A DNA stretch of 64,000 nucleotides from contig OZ242374.1 of the NCBI GenBank assembly GCA_965209055.1, positions 800,001 to 864,000 of the forward strand. Reading direction: 5' to 3'. Shown piece after piece: positions 20,371 to 30,255 of this stretch; within the stretch, counting starts at the first letter, position 1, and each line of letters starts with the position of its first letter. The translations under genes were made by a program, and so were the position numbers. Source of the DNA: Acidobacteriota bacterium (GTDB lineage: Bacteria > Acidobacteriota > UBA6911 > RPQK01 > JAJDTT01). The notes beneath the pieces were generated by a model. It saw only the letters and a program-made list of their open reading frames with translations, ran no database searches and was not told the DNA's origin.

Positions 20371-20682
20371 ATGACATCACGCATCGCCCTTCCAGAGGAA
20401 GAAATCGCTGCCTTTTGCCGGCGTTGGCGCATCATTGAATTGGCGGTGTTTGGTTCAGTGTTGCGAGACGATTTTAGTCCCGAAAGCGACGTGGATGTAC
20501 TCGTCCGCTTTGACCCGCAAGCGCGTCACACTCTTCTGGATGTTGCACAGATGCAGGACGAGTTGAGTTTGACGCTCGGCCGGGAGGCGGACTTGGTCGA
20601 GAGAGCTGCCGTCGAGCGAAGTCCAAACTACATTCGCCGCAGGGCCATTCTCCAGTCTGCCGAGATCGTATATGCGGCGTAG
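20371..20682 (+). CDS. mntA: MNT nucleotidyltransferase antitoxin
   Basis: FGSVLRDDF...SDVDVLV motif; overlaps the HEPN gene. Confidence 0.88.
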   Translation: MTSRIALPEEEIAAFCRRWRIIELAVFGSVLRDDFSPESDVDVLVRFDPQARHTLLDVAQMQDELSLTLGREADLVERAAVERSPNYIRRRAILQSAEIVYAA

Positions 20683-21013
20683 CGACGCCTATCTCCTCGA
20701 CATGTTGATGGCGGCGCGCGAGGCGAGACGATTCGCCGTGAGCCTGACGTTTCCGGAGTTCGAGCAAAACCGCATGGCGCAGCTTGCCATCTTGAAGGCA
20801 GTAGAAGTCGTTGGCGAAGCGGCGTCCCATGTGAGCGCCGAATTCAGGGCAGAACATCCGGAAATTCCCTGGTCCAAAATCATCGGAATGCGGAATCGTC
20901 TCGTCCATGGGTATTTCAGTGTCCGCCTGGAGCGGGTATGGGACACCGTGAAGCAAGACCTCCCACGTCTTATCTCCCAACTGGAACCGCTGGTCCCACC
21001 AGAAATGGAATAG
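20672..21013 (+). CDS. hepT: HEPN/DUF86 RNase toxin
   Basis: IPW..IIGMRNRLVHGY (RX4HXY). Confidence 0.9.
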   Translation: MRRSDAYLLDMLMAAREARRFAVSLTFPEFEQNRMAQLAILKAVEVVGEAASHVSAEFRAEHPEIPWSKIIGMRNRLVHGYFSVRLERVWDTVKQDLPRLISQLEPLVPPEME

Positions 21014-21092
21014 CGACTCGCACAGCAATTGATCCGTAGACCATCGGCTATTGCCAGGTAGATCCGATCGAAAACTGGAGCCATTTCCACAG

Positions 21093-21947
21093 TCAGTTGT
21101 CGGATTTCGTGCAGCCGATCCGCGTCAAGGGTATGAACCGAGGTGTCGAGGCTTGGTAGTCGCGGTACGCGGGGTATCGATCCAGAGATATGGATTCGGT
21201 CAATCTTGTCGACCCGCCAAAGATGAACATCAGGAAAATGAATCCCAGGCTGGACCAATGGATCCATTGGCCGGTTGCCGCGACCCCGAACAGGTAGAAC
21301 ACGGTCCACATGCCCATCTCGCAGACAAAACTGGGATGGCGGCAGTACCGGAACAAGCCGCTGTTGACGAAGGGCTGCGTCACGGGTTCACCCGCCTCGA
21401 TCCTGCGCTTCTTGTCCTGCTGAAACGTCCACATCTGCTGGTCGTTGATCGCTTCCACGACCCAAAACGCCACGAACAGTGCCATCGCGGCGGCATCCAG
21501 GACATTCAGGGGCCGATCCTGCCGGGTCCAGGCCTGATGCACCGGAGACGTGAACAGCCAGATGACGAGCAACTGCCCGGGTGCGACGAAGGTGAGATTG
21601 AGGATTTGAAACTTGATCGGACCAAGCTGTTCCCGCAGGGCTTTCCAGCGATAGTCTTCACCGCCGCGCCGATACCCGCCCTTGCGAGCCAGATTGAAGG
21701 TCAATCGGACCCCCCACGCAAAAACCAGGAGCGCCATGACGTTGAGCCGCGCCGAACCGAAGTCCGAGTCGGCGGCCACCATCAGGCAATAGATGGGGGG
21801 ACAGACGGTCCAGATGCGGTCCACCCAGGAATATTCGCGGGTGATGACCGACAAGAGCCAGCAGGCGATGGCGAGAACCACCGTCAGGTCGAGGGCTGCT
21901 CCGTACGGAGTGCCCTGAAGCGGATGGGAAATGAGGTTGATGTCCAT
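21093..21947 (-). CDS. DUF1295 / steroid 5-alpha-reductase-like membrane protein
   Basis: YSWVDRIW, WGVRLT, GEDYRW, GLFRYCRHP and Y..YQ..TPRFIP. Confidence 0.88.
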   Translation of the reverse strand: MDINLISHPLQGTPYGAALDLTVVLAIACWLLSVITREYSWVDRIWTVCPPIYCLMVAADSDFGSARLNVMALLVFAWGVRLTFNLARKGGYRRGGEDYRWKALREQLGPIKFQILNLTFVAPGQLLVIWLFTSPVHQAWTRQDRPLNVLDAAAMALFVAFWVVEAINDQQMWTFQQDKKRRIEAGEPVTQPFVNSGLFRYCRHPSFVCEMGMWTVFYLFGVAATGQWIHWSSLGFIFLMFIFGGSTRLTESISLDRYPAYRDYQASTPRFIPLTRIGCTKSDN

Positions 21948-21998
21948 TGACCTGATCTTTTTGGCCCGGGCTGGACCCGGAGCGCCGTTTTTCGGCTG

Positions 21999-23522
21999 CT
22001 ATCGGAACCTCAGGGAGTAGAGATCCGCGTCCTTCATCACCAGGCGCAGGCGCACCGGATTCCCGGCGAGGCGCCGGAGAGGCCTGTCCGAAATCGCTTT
22101 GCGGTGACTTCGCTCCCACCGGACCACCTGCTCGATCTCGTCCCCCCAGATCAGCGGCGACTCCTCCAGGGAGAACCCGGGAACGGGGTGGCCGCGGACA
22201 TCCTGTATCTCCACCCGGATGCTGCCGGCGGCCGAGGTGGCGAAGTTGAGGACCAGGTTGTCCCCCTCGAAGAGCAGCGGTTTGGTGATCATTTCGCCGC
22301 CGGACCAGCCGGCGTGGACCGAGACGAACCCATCGGTGCGCAGCACCAGCCGCTGCAGGTGGTTGGTGGGCGCCGAGCGGTGACGCTCGACGTAGAGGGA
22401 GATTTCGTCCTCGGCGGTGGGGACGATGCCCCGCGCCGGCGTATTGGTCCGCTGCGGCCAGTTGCGCGGGTCGCGGCCGGGCCGGATGAACGACTCCAGG
22501 AAGCGGCGGTCCCAGCGGACCCCGTCGCGGCTGCTCATGAGGACTCCGTCGGACGCGCCCGGCACCGGAGCGTCCGGGTAGAGCTGCCGCCAGGGGAGAA
22601 AACGTCTCGGCAGAGCCAGAAAGAGGTGCGGGGCGCGGAAATAGGCGACGGTCCCGTTGGTGTAGAGGTGTTCCGGAGGAGTGTCTCCGAAGTCGCCCCA
22701 CTGCCCGGCCGTCCAATCCAGAAAATTCGCCGAGGTGGCGTGCTTGATGGTTCGCACGCCGTGGCGGAAGTCGCGGTAGAAGGCGACGTAGCGGTTTCGC
22801 ACCGAGTCCCAAAAGGTGACGTTCAGGGAATCGAATTTCCCGTCGGTGAGAAGCGGCTCCTCCCGCAGGCGCTTCCAGCGGATGCCGTCCGGGGAGACGT
22901 AACCCAGCAGCACCGGTTGTCCGTCCATCCGGCCGCTGCCCACGGCCTTGTAGCGCTGCTCGGGAGGGGCGTCGGGATTGGTGTCCTTGAAGGGGGAGAA
23001 GTTGTGCCCGCCGGAGCCGGTCCAGACGATGTTGTTGTCCGTGGAGCCGTTGAACTCGAACCGGCCGAGCGACGGTCGGGTCCAGATGATCCCGTCACGA
23101 CTCTCGGCGTAGCAGGCCACCTGGGGGTGATCCGGCACGGACGTTTCACCCGGCCTCAAAAGGGAGGGGACCGCGTATCCCCTGGAGCTGGCGCCCCGGT
23201 AGTACATGCGGTAACGGCCGCCGTCCCGGAACACGGTGACGTAGCCGCTGTTTCCCCCTTCCCATTCCCGGTCGAAGAAGAGAACCCGCTCCGCCGGTCG
23301 GGGAGAGTGAAGCTTCAGCCGCGCTCCCTTCAGCGACTCGATGAGGTGGCCGTCCACGAACAATTCGAGCCGGGAGCCGATGGACAGGGAGTCGGGCTGC
23401 GTCTTCCGAGAGGGCTCGGCACCCGCGGCGAGGGCCACGGAAACAAGACAGGCGGCCATCGGTGCCGCCCTCATCGTTCCTCTTCCGTTCCGCCGAGGAA
23501 CTTCCATGGGTTCGGAATCCAT
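21999..23522 (-). CDS. Secreted beta-propeller hydrolase-like protein (paralog 2; true start probably ~23474-23459)
   Basis: RLELFVD, YRMYYRG, YAESRDGIIW, SPDGIRW and LRTDGFVS; signal peptide. Confidence 0.75.
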   Translation of the reverse strand: MDSEPMEVPRRNGRGTMRAAPMAACLVSVALAAGAEPSRKTQPDSLSIGSRLELFVDGHLIESLKGARLKLHSPRPAERVLFFDREWEGGNSGYVTVFRDGGRYRMYYRGASSRGYAVPSLLRPGETSVPDHPQVACYAESRDGIIWTRPSLGRFEFNGSTDNNIVWTGSGGHNFSPFKDTNPDAPPEQRYKAVGSGRMDGQPVLLGYVSPDGIRWKRLREEPLLTDGKFDSLNVTFWDSVRNRYVAFYRDFRHGVRTIKHATSANFLDWTAGQWGDFGDTPPEHLYTNGTVAYFRAPHLFLALPRRFLPWRQLYPDAPVPGASDGVLMSSRDGVRWDRRFLESFIRPGRDPRNWPQRTNTPARGIVPTAEDEISLYVERHRSAPTNHLQRLVLRTDGFVSVHAGWSGGEMITKPLLFEGDNLVLNFATSAAGSIRVEIQDVRGHPVPGFSLEESPLIWGDEIEQVVRWERSHRKAISDRPLRRLAGNPVRLRLVMKDADLYSLRFR

Positions 23523-23587
23523 ATTGAGCTATTCTTGTACCAACTCTGACATTCCCTCGCTACGTCCGAGCAGCAAACGGAGGCGCC

Positions 23588-25213
23588 ATGGATCACAGGA
23601 TGAAATCCCGTCGACGGTTTGGAGCATCCCGGGCCGCGGGCGCGGCCGGTCCGGCCCTGATCCTGGCGCTCTTGTCCATGCCGCCGCTTTCCGCCACGGT
23701 CCTGGAAATCGGCAACGGAAAGCAACTCTTCATCGACGACTACGTCATCGAGTCGCTGGACGGCACCGTCTTCAAGCTCTTGAACCAACCTCTCAAATAT
23801 GCCGGGAACCCGGTGATCGAGATGGACCAGTGCTGGGAGGCGGACATGCACTTCGCCAACTCTCCCAATCTGGTCTACGACGAGGCGGACCGCCGCTTCA
23901 AGATGTGGAATCAGGCGGTCAACTACTCCTGGTCCACCAGCCTGCTGGGCTACTACGTCTCGGAAGATGGGCTGCGCTGGGAGAAGCCGCCGGTGGGACA
24001 GTTCGAGTACAAGTCGGACTACTGCCGGAGAGAGGCGTCCGGTTCCCACAACTTCGTGTTCGGCAACGCCCATCGGCTGGGTGCTCCCGGAGTCTTCAAG
24101 GATCTTCACGAAACCGATCCCGCGAAACGCTACAAGATGCTCTACAACCGGAGGCGTCCCGAGAGCGGTGTCTGGGCCGCGTACTCGGCCGACGGAATCC
24201 AATGGAAGGACTACCCGTACCCGGAAGTGAATCCGGTCTACCTCAACAACGACACCCACCAGGCGGTGTTCTGGGACGAACAACGGGAGAGCTATGTGGC
24301 CCACATCCGGCTCAAGCCTCCCCTTTTCGCCGACGATCCCAGGTTCCATTTCAAGAACCGGAAAGGGAACGTCAGGACTCCCGGTATCGCCACCAGTCCC
24401 GACTTCATCCACTGGGACGCTCCCAAGGACATGCGGGATCCGGTGGAGGTGAACCGGAAGTACATCCTGGTGGCGCCCGACGCGGAGGACGGCCCCTGCA
24501 CCGCCGGGTTCTACACCTTCGAGATCCTTCAGTACGAAGGGGTCTACGTGGGCTTCCTCACCCCGTATCACGTCTGTCCCGGGATGGAGCCCGAGATTCC
24601 TCCGGTGCGGGGAAATGCCCGAAATCCCTGGATGGATCGGATCGACATCCAGTTGGCCTTCAGCCGGGACGGAAAGGTCTGGCAACGGGTGGGGAATCGG
24701 CGCACCTTCATCCCCAACGGTCCCGAGGGGAGCTACGACGCCGGCATGATCTTCGTGGCCCAGCAGCCGGTCGTGCGGGAGGAGCTGGAAGAAATCTGGA
24801 TTTACTACGTGGGGTTCGAACGGGGCCACTGGGCCGTCCGGCGGGGCGGGAATCAGGAGAGCTCGGTGTCGCTGGCCACGCTGCGGCTGGACGGGTTTGT
24901 CTCGCTGACCGCGGGAGAGGGATCGGTGACCACCAAGCCGCTGGTATTCGCGGGAGAACGGTTGGAGATCAATGCCGCCACGGCCGGACCTCAGGGCGAA
25001 GTCTCCGCCGAAATCCTCGACCCCGAGACGGGGCGGCCAATACCGGGCTACGCGAGAAAAGACTGCGACGCCTTCCAGGGAGATTCGGTCCGCCATGCCG
25101 TGACCTGGAAGGGCAAGGGGCGGGTGGGGCGGCTGGCCGGGCAACCGGTCCAACTGCGCTTCCATCTGAAGCAGGCCAAGCTCTTCTCCTTCCGCTTTCG
25201 TTACGGGCGATGA
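23588..25213 (+). CDS. Secreted beta-propeller hydrolase-like protein (paralog 3)
   Basis: KQLFIDD, KYAGNPV, SEDGLRW, DPAKRYKM, SRDGKVW and LRLDGFVS; signal peptide. Confidence 0.75.
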   Translation: MDHRMKSRRRFGASRAAGAAGPALILALLSMPPLSATVLEIGNGKQLFIDDYVIESLDGTVFKLLNQPLKYAGNPVIEMDQCWEADMHFANSPNLVYDEADRRFKMWNQAVNYSWSTSLLGYYVSEDGLRWEKPPVGQFEYKSDYCRREASGSHNFVFGNAHRLGAPGVFKDLHETDPAKRYKMLYNRRRPESGVWAAYSADGIQWKDYPYPEVNPVYLNNDTHQAVFWDEQRESYVAHIRLKPPLFADDPRFHFKNRKGNVRTPGIATSPDFIHWDAPKDMRDPVEVNRKYILVAPDAEDGPCTAGFYTFEILQYEGVYVGFLTPYHVCPGMEPEIPPVRGNARNPWMDRIDIQLAFSRDGKVWQRVGNRRTFIPNGPEGSYDAGMIFVAQQPVVREELEEIWIYYVGFERGHWAVRRGGNQESSVSLATLRLDGFVSLTAGEGSVTTKPLVFAGERLEINAATAGPQGEVSAEILDPETGRPIPGYARKDCDAFQGDSVRHAVTWKGKGRVGRLAGQPVQLRFHLKQAKLFSFRFRYGR

Positions 25214-25219
25214 GGAAAC

Positions 25220-25289
25220 CGAACGAAGAGAAATCGTCTCGATCCAACAGGGATAAGAGAGCTGAAGTGTCGACGAAGATCGACGTCAC
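25220..25289 (-). pseudogene. Truncated PIN/VapC toxin (only the first ~20 codons)
   Basis: MTSIFVDTSALLSLLDRDD is a PIN N-terminal motif coupled to the antitoxin stop; it then runs into the convergent gene end. Confidence 0.7.
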
Positions 25290-25531
25290 TCGTCGAAGGT
25301 CTCCGCCAGGTAGTCGTCGTGACGACGGCCCAGATCCTTCACGCCGCTGGATGCAATACCGGCAATGCTCAACAGCCCCTCCACGCCGGACTGTTTTTCC
25401 TTTAATCCTTCTCGGAGACTCTGTCGGACGAGGCGGCGAACCGCTTCGGAAATTGAAATCCTCTTCCGATGAGCCAGAGATCGGATTTGCTGATATTGCC
25501 TTTCTTCGAACTGAATCTGAGTTCGTACCAT
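25286..25531 (-). CDS. CopG/RHH-type antitoxin (VapB-like)
   Basis: MVRTQIQF, ISISEAVRRLV and C-terminal HDDYL. Confidence 0.8.
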   Translation of the reverse strand: MVRTQIQFEERQYQQIRSLAHRKRISISEAVRRLVRQSLREGLKEKQSGVEGLLSIAGIASSGVKDLGRRHDDYLAETFDE

Positions 25532-25706
25532 GTCGTCATGCTGGGTTCGTGTCATATCCCGGCCCGGCCGGACCGCCGCGGACACCCCTCGCGCCCCACC
25601 CGAACATTGCCGCCCACGCCACCAGTTTCTCGGGGGATCATGCCGGAGGGCCGCCGGTGCGGGTCGCTAATGAGGGGGATTCCAACAATGGCGCCCAAGG
25701 GCGGGG

Positions 25707-26324
25707 CTACGACTTGCTCAACTCGTCTCGAAGCACAATCGCCAAGACCTGCAAGATGCCGTCCATTTGCACTCCCATTTCAAAAGCGCATTTTTCCAGC
25801 ACAGCCAAATAGGATTCGGAGGGAGTGTACTCAAACAGGCAATATCGAATGCAGTATTCTTGAATCCGGTAGTCAGACTTCCCGGCGACTTCCGCTCGGT
25901 GCTTTTCCACTTCACCCTTGGCCCATGAAGACGCATCAATCGAGCGTGCCGCCTCTTTGCCATGAGAGGTCAAGGTCATTGGGCTGTTCGTTCCAAACAG
26001 AGCCTCCCTTGGTCCTCCCAACAGAAACAAGATGAGGTTTCCGATTTTGTCTTCGATTTTGGCAAGGCGTCTGTCAACGCGCCCCCTCCACTCTGGAAAA
26101 TCCTCGGTTGCCGTCAATAGGTCGTTGATTTTTTGTCTCCGTGCCCCTGCCTTCATCAGTCCATTGATTGCGGCCGCAATAGCACAAAGAATCGCAGTGA
26201 TCCCTGCCCCGACACCGATCACGTGGGTCAAATTCCAATTCGTCTCGTCAACCGTGATGGATTCAAGTGTCATTGCCCAAAAGTATGCGGGCAAGCTGGG
26301 GGATAGTGCGAGGGCTTCGGGCAT
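25707..26324 (-). CDS. Hypothetical membrane protein (TM helix plus coiled coil)
   Basis: 205-aa ORF in a lower-GC patch with a hydrophobic segment VIGVGAGITAILCAIAAAI; start uncertain. Confidence 0.55.
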   Translation of the reverse strand: MPEALALSPSLPAYFWAMTLESITVDETNWNLTHVIGVGAGITAILCAIAAAINGLMKAGARRQKINDLLTATEDFPEWRGRVDRRLAKIEDKIGNLILFLLGGPREALFGTNSPMTLTSHGKEAARSIDASSWAKGEVEKHRAEVAGKSDYRIQEYCIRYCLFEYTPSESYLAVLEKCAFEMGVQMDGILQVLAIVLRDELSKS

Positions 26325-26759
26325 TTGAGACTCCGATTCTCAGTTGTGGTTCAACGAGGTCCCAGTCGTAATTATACCTTCGCTACCGAAAAGTTAACAC
26401 AGGACTCGATGGCAGCGACGGATGGTACCACCATGGGAGCATGGACCATGTGCCAGATCGAATCGGACAGCCCGGCTTCCATTTGCTATCCCGGCCCATG
26501 GCGATGAAGATCCACTGGGTGCCGGCCGTCTCCGGGTCCGCCGATGTCCCACGCTGATCCTTGCTGGCGACATAGGACCAGGGTTCGTCTATCTCAACGA
26601 CTGAGGGACTGGAACCACGAGACTCCGGTGCGCACGGAGTCAGGCCAGGACGTTAATTGGGTTCCCAGGAGCACGAACGCCGATGCCGCGGCATGGCTGG
26701 AATATGGACGTCCCGGTTCGCCTGTACGATCCGGAATCGGGGGTAAACAACTCCCGCTC

Positions 26760-28256
26760 CTATCCTTTTCGCCGGTCCCAGATCGTCAATCCCTCGAGGT
26801 CACGATCCTCGCTCGACCGTGATCTCGGCAGCAGGCTGAAGAGCCAGGACCCGCAGAGGCAGCTCAACAGCGCGACGGGCGTGTAGAAGATCCAGTGCAT
26901 CTCGACGAAGTTCTGCACGTAGATGCTGAGCGGAAGCGAGATCCCCAGGGTGGCGGCCAGCCAAGCCGGGAAATGTCCTCTCCGGGTCAGGACTCCCAAC
27001 AGAAAGAGGCCCGTGACCGGCGCGGCCGTGAGGCCGCCCACCTTGCTCATGGTTTCCAGAATGCCGGCGCCTTCCGATACCAACAGGGCGGCGGCGGTGG
27101 CCAGCAGGCCCAGCCCCGCCGTCAAGGCCCGGGCCAGCATCAGGCTCTGCCGCTGGGTCAGGGCACGCTTCCTGAGGGGGGTCACGAAATCGACCTGGAT
27201 CATGGTGGCTGAGGAGTGGATCCCCGAATCCACCGTGGACATGGCCGCGGCGAAGACGGCGGCGATGAGCAGGCCCGAGAAGCCGGCCGGAAGGGCATGG
27301 ACGATGTAGTAGGGCAGGATCCGGTCGCCGGCGACTCCCGGAGCCAGATGCTCGGGATATACCTGGAAATAAGCGAAGATCCCGAGTCCGATCATGTAGA
27401 GCAGCGCGGCCAACAGGATTTCCAGCACCCGGTCCAGCAACAGCGCCCGCGTCATTTCGCGGAGGCTCCTGGCCGCGAGCAGACGCTGCATGACCACCTG
27501 GTTGTTCCCGTATCCGAATCCGCTGATGAAGTAACAGAGTAAGACCGCCAGTCCGGTGGCCTCGGCCAGGTCGAACCGGAGATCGGTCACCCCCAACTTG
27601 TCCGCGGTCAGGACGATCTCGAAGAATTGATCCAGGCCACCCGGGAGCCGGTCGACCAGCGAGAACGCGACCACCACCGCGCCCGTGGTCAGGATCACGA
27701 ACTGGATCACGTCGGTCCAGATGACGGCCGCCAGTCCCCCCGTGCAGGTGTACGCCGTGGCCACCAGCCCCATGACCAGGATGGCGCGGGTCAGATCGAT
27801 CCCGGTGACGGTGGAAAGAGCCAGGGCGGGGGCGTAAAGGGCGATTCCCATCCAGCCCTGGATCTGAAGCACGGCCAGAGCCGAGGCGGCGTAGCGGGCA
27901 CGGTTCCCGAAGCGTGCGTTGACGTACTCGTAGATGGTGGTGACCTTGAGCCTACGGTAGATGGGAAAATAGAGAGCGATCATCAGCGGCGTGGCCAGCA
28001 GCGCCGCCGGTCCCGCCAGCATGAGGGAGGCGTTGTCCTTGTAGGCGGCCGCCGGAGCTCCCAGGTAGGTGAGGCCGCTCAGCATGCTGGCGACGGTGCT
28101 CAATGCGACGGCCAGCCACGGCATGCTGCGTCCGGCCAGAAAATAGGACTCGGTGTTCCGCTGGCGTCCGGCCAGCGCCAGCGCCAGCACGGTGACTCCC
28201 AGCAGATAGGCCACGAGAACCAGGGCGTTGAGGGTGCCGAAGCTGGCTTGGTCCAC
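26760..28256 (-). CDS. Sodium:solute symporter (SSS family)
   Basis: YFLAGRSMPW, GGLAAVIWTD, MQRLLAA and FAAAMSTVDSG; about 13 TM helices. Confidence 0.93.
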   Translation of the reverse strand: MDQASFGTLNALVLVAYLLGVTVLALALAGRQRNTESYFLAGRSMPWLAVALSTVASMLSGLTYLGAPAAAYKDNASLMLAGPAALLATPLMIALYFPIYRRLKVTTIYEYVNARFGNRARYAASALAVLQIQGWMGIALYAPALALSTVTGIDLTRAILVMGLVATAYTCTGGLAAVIWTDVIQFVILTTGAVVVAFSLVDRLPGGLDQFFEIVLTADKLGVTDLRFDLAEATGLAVLLCYFISGFGYGNNQVVMQRLLAARSLREMTRALLLDRVLEILLAALLYMIGLGIFAYFQVYPEHLAPGVAGDRILPYYIVHALPAGFSGLLIAAVFAAAMSTVDSGIHSSATMIQVDFVTPLRKRALTQRQSLMLARALTAGLGLLATAAALLVSEGAGILETMSKVGGLTAAPVTGLFLLGVLTRRGHFPAWLAATLGISLPLSIYVQNFVEMHWIFYTPVALLSCLCGSWLFSLLPRSRSSEDRDLEGLTIWDRRKG

Positions 28257-28301
28257 GGTGTGGAAAACTTCTGGGAAAACTGTGGAAAGGTTGTTGGCGA
28301 C

Positions 28302-29348
28302 TTAGAGCGGACGGCCCCAGGAGTCCATCTTCGGCTCCGGCGGCATCGAAATCCTCCTGCCTTCGTAGATCGACTGGGCCACCGCCTCGCAGAATTCCAT
28401 GTAGCGGATCCCTTCTGCGAAATCGGGAGCCACCGGCGTGCCGCGCCGGATGGCCTCGATGAACTCGGCGTCCATGGTTCGGTCCCGCCGTTCTTCCCGC
28501 GGCATTTCGATGGGGTGCATCCCGGTATCGCCGCGGGTCATGCCGAACAGTTCTTCGTCTTCCACCAGCCCTCCCGGTTTTTCAACCAGCAGCTTGTAAT
28601 CCAGCGCTCCCCGCGTGCCGTAGATCTCCACCGAGCTGCCCGGACCCCGGGGGACCCGGAACGAAAGGTGAAAGCTGGCGGTGGCTCCTCCCTGCAACTC
28701 GGCCCCGATGGACAGGGACTGGGGCACGGACAACAGGTCTTCGCCGGTGGTGGCGATCAGGGAGACGGGAGGGTCGATCCAGCGGTAGACGACCTCGGCC
28801 AGGATCCCCAGCATCATGGTGTTGACGCCCACCACCTCCGGGTCCAACAGCCAGGCGCCGGACTCGGGAAGGGCCGGAACCAGCGACGTGACCCGCACTT
28901 CCCGGAGGTCTCCCACGTAGCCCTGACTGAGCAGCCGGCGCATCACCCGGTCCCCCTTGAGGCCGAAACCGGCCGCATAGAGGGAGGTGACCAGGTCGGT
29001 CTTCCGGGAGGCTTCCAGCATCTGCCGGGCCTCGTTGAGGTTACGCGCCATCCTCGCCTGACAGAGGACGTGCTTGCCGGCATCCAGGGCGGCCACGGTG
29101 GCCGGCAGGTGGAGGTGAGGCGGGGTGGCGATCACCACGGCGTCGATGTCGCGGTTTTCGATGATCTGCACCCAGCGGTCGACCAGGTTGGGAATATTGA
29201 ACTTCCGGGCCGCCGTTCGAGCCGTTTCCTTCCGGCGGGACCAGGCGTGGGTGATCTCGACGCCGGGAACCCTCAGCAGCAGAGGGATGTGCCGGGCCTG
29301 GGCGATCTTTCCCGCTCCGATGATGCCGACCCTGATGATGTCCGTCAT
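28302..29348 (-). CDS. Gfo/Idh/MocA oxidoreductase
   Basis: IRVGIIGAG, DAVVIATPP..H and AGKHVLCQARM. Confidence 0.9.
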   Translation of the reverse strand: MTDIIRVGIIGAGKIAQARHIPLLLRVPGVEITHAWSRRKETARTAARKFNIPNLVDRWVQIIENRDIDAVVIATPPHLHLPATVAALDAGKHVLCQARMARNLNEARQMLEASRKTDLVTSLYAAGFGLKGDRVMRRLLSQGYVGDLREVRVTSLVPALPESGAWLLDPEVVGVNTMMLGILAEVVYRWIDPPVSLIATTGEDLLSVPQSLSIGAELQGGATASFHLSFRVPRGPGSSVEIYGTRGALDYKLLVEKPGGLVEDEELFGMTRGDTGMHPIEMPREERRDRTMDAEFIEAIRRGTPVAPDFAEGIRYMEFCEAVAQSIYEGRRISMPPEPKMDSWGRPL

Positions 29349-29372
29349 GGCGATTCTTCTCCCGGCAAATGT

Positions 29373-30086
29373 TCAGATCCACTCGCCCCGCCGACGGGCC
29401 CGGTGGATCAGGATGCGGAGTTTGTCGGCCTCGTTGAGGTAGGGCTCGAACTTTTCCAGGAACCGGGCCAACGTCTCCTCCGGTGTCCTGCGGGTCGTGT
29501 CGATGCTGAACTTGTTGCGCATGGACGACCGTTCGAACTCGGCCTCGAACTCTTCCAGCACCCGCTCGATGTCGGGTTTCTGCAGCACGCCGTTGGGATG
29601 GGGGTTCTCCTTCATGCGCCGGGCGATGGTCTCGGGCGAAGCCTTCACCAGCACCAGCGGCATGTCGGGCGCGAACTCCTGGATGCTCTCTTCGAAGTGG
29701 TCCAGAACGGCCCGGCGCATCCAGGCCTGCTCTCCGGTGTAGTACCCGAAGTACAGCGCCCCGTAGATGGCGTTTTCGATGTGGAGGCCGACGGAAACGT
29801 AGTCCGGATTGCGAAGCGCGCCCGGCGTGAGGTGGTAGGTGACGCTGTAGCGCTGGATCATCTCCTTGGTCTTGGGGGTCAGGGCCAGGAACTGCTCCTG
29901 CTCTTCCGGCGTGAACAGGTTTTCGTCGTCGAGTCCGGGATGCCCGCTGACGTGCGGGATCTTCCAATGGTCATGGAAGGCCCTGAGACCGTTGTCCTCG
30001 CCCATGACCTCATGGCTCCAGCGCTGGATTCCGTCGGCCAGCGTTGTGGTCCCCGCGTATTCGCAGCCAATCAGAATGACTCTCAT
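29373..30086 (-). CDS. Nucleoside-monophosphate-kinase-fold protein with a degenerate P-loop
   Basis: RVILIGCEYAGTTTLA, LVLVKASPETIARRM and IDTT.RTPEET. Confidence 0.6.
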   Translation of the reverse strand: MRVILIGCEYAGTTTLADGIQRWSHEVMGEDNGLRAFHDHWKIPHVSGHPGLDDENLFTPEEQEQFLALTPKTKEMIQRYSVTYHLTPGALRNPDYVSVGLHIENAIYGALYFGYYTGEQAWMRRAVLDHFEESIQEFAPDMPLVLVKASPETIARRMKENPHPNGVLQKPDIERVLEEFEAEFERSSMRNKFSIDTTRRTPEETLARFLEKFEPYLNEADKLRILIHRARRRGEWI

Positions 30087-30097
30087 TTGGTCTCCTT

Positions 30098-30255
30098 GGA
30101 GGGGGGACCGTCTTGTCCCCCTTCGTCCTTATTCCCGGTCCTGCTCCGGGTCGTTAATGCACCGGAGTTCGGCGGTTAGGAAACCGCCGCCCCTCAGGGA
30201 GTTCGGCGGTTAGGAAACCACCGCTCCGGCCGGAAGGGCGATTTCCTAATCGCCC
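30098..30255. repeat. REP-like cluster with two 34-bp-period copies of GGAGTTCGGCGGTTAGGAAACC(G/A)CCGC
   Basis: Direct copies at 30164 and 30198 plus flanking GGGGGAC/GTCCCCC and GGGCGAT/ATCGCCC hairpins. Confidence 0.75.

Noticed and set aside
20033-20374. 113-aa ORF as a third component of the MNT-HEPN locus
   Set aside because: No recognisable motif or RBS, and it overlaps the probable upstream region of the sialidase-like gene.
27627-30179. Long opposite-strand or shifted-frame ORFs (e.g. 27627-30179, 47810-50452, 23341-25812, 16746-18503, 61097-63121)
   Set aside because: These are shadow ORFs of GC-rich genes with no motifs of their own.
30164-30255. Short direct repeats as a CRISPR array
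   Set aside because: There are only two copies, no unique spacers and no cas genes; the unit is a dispersed REP-like palindrome.
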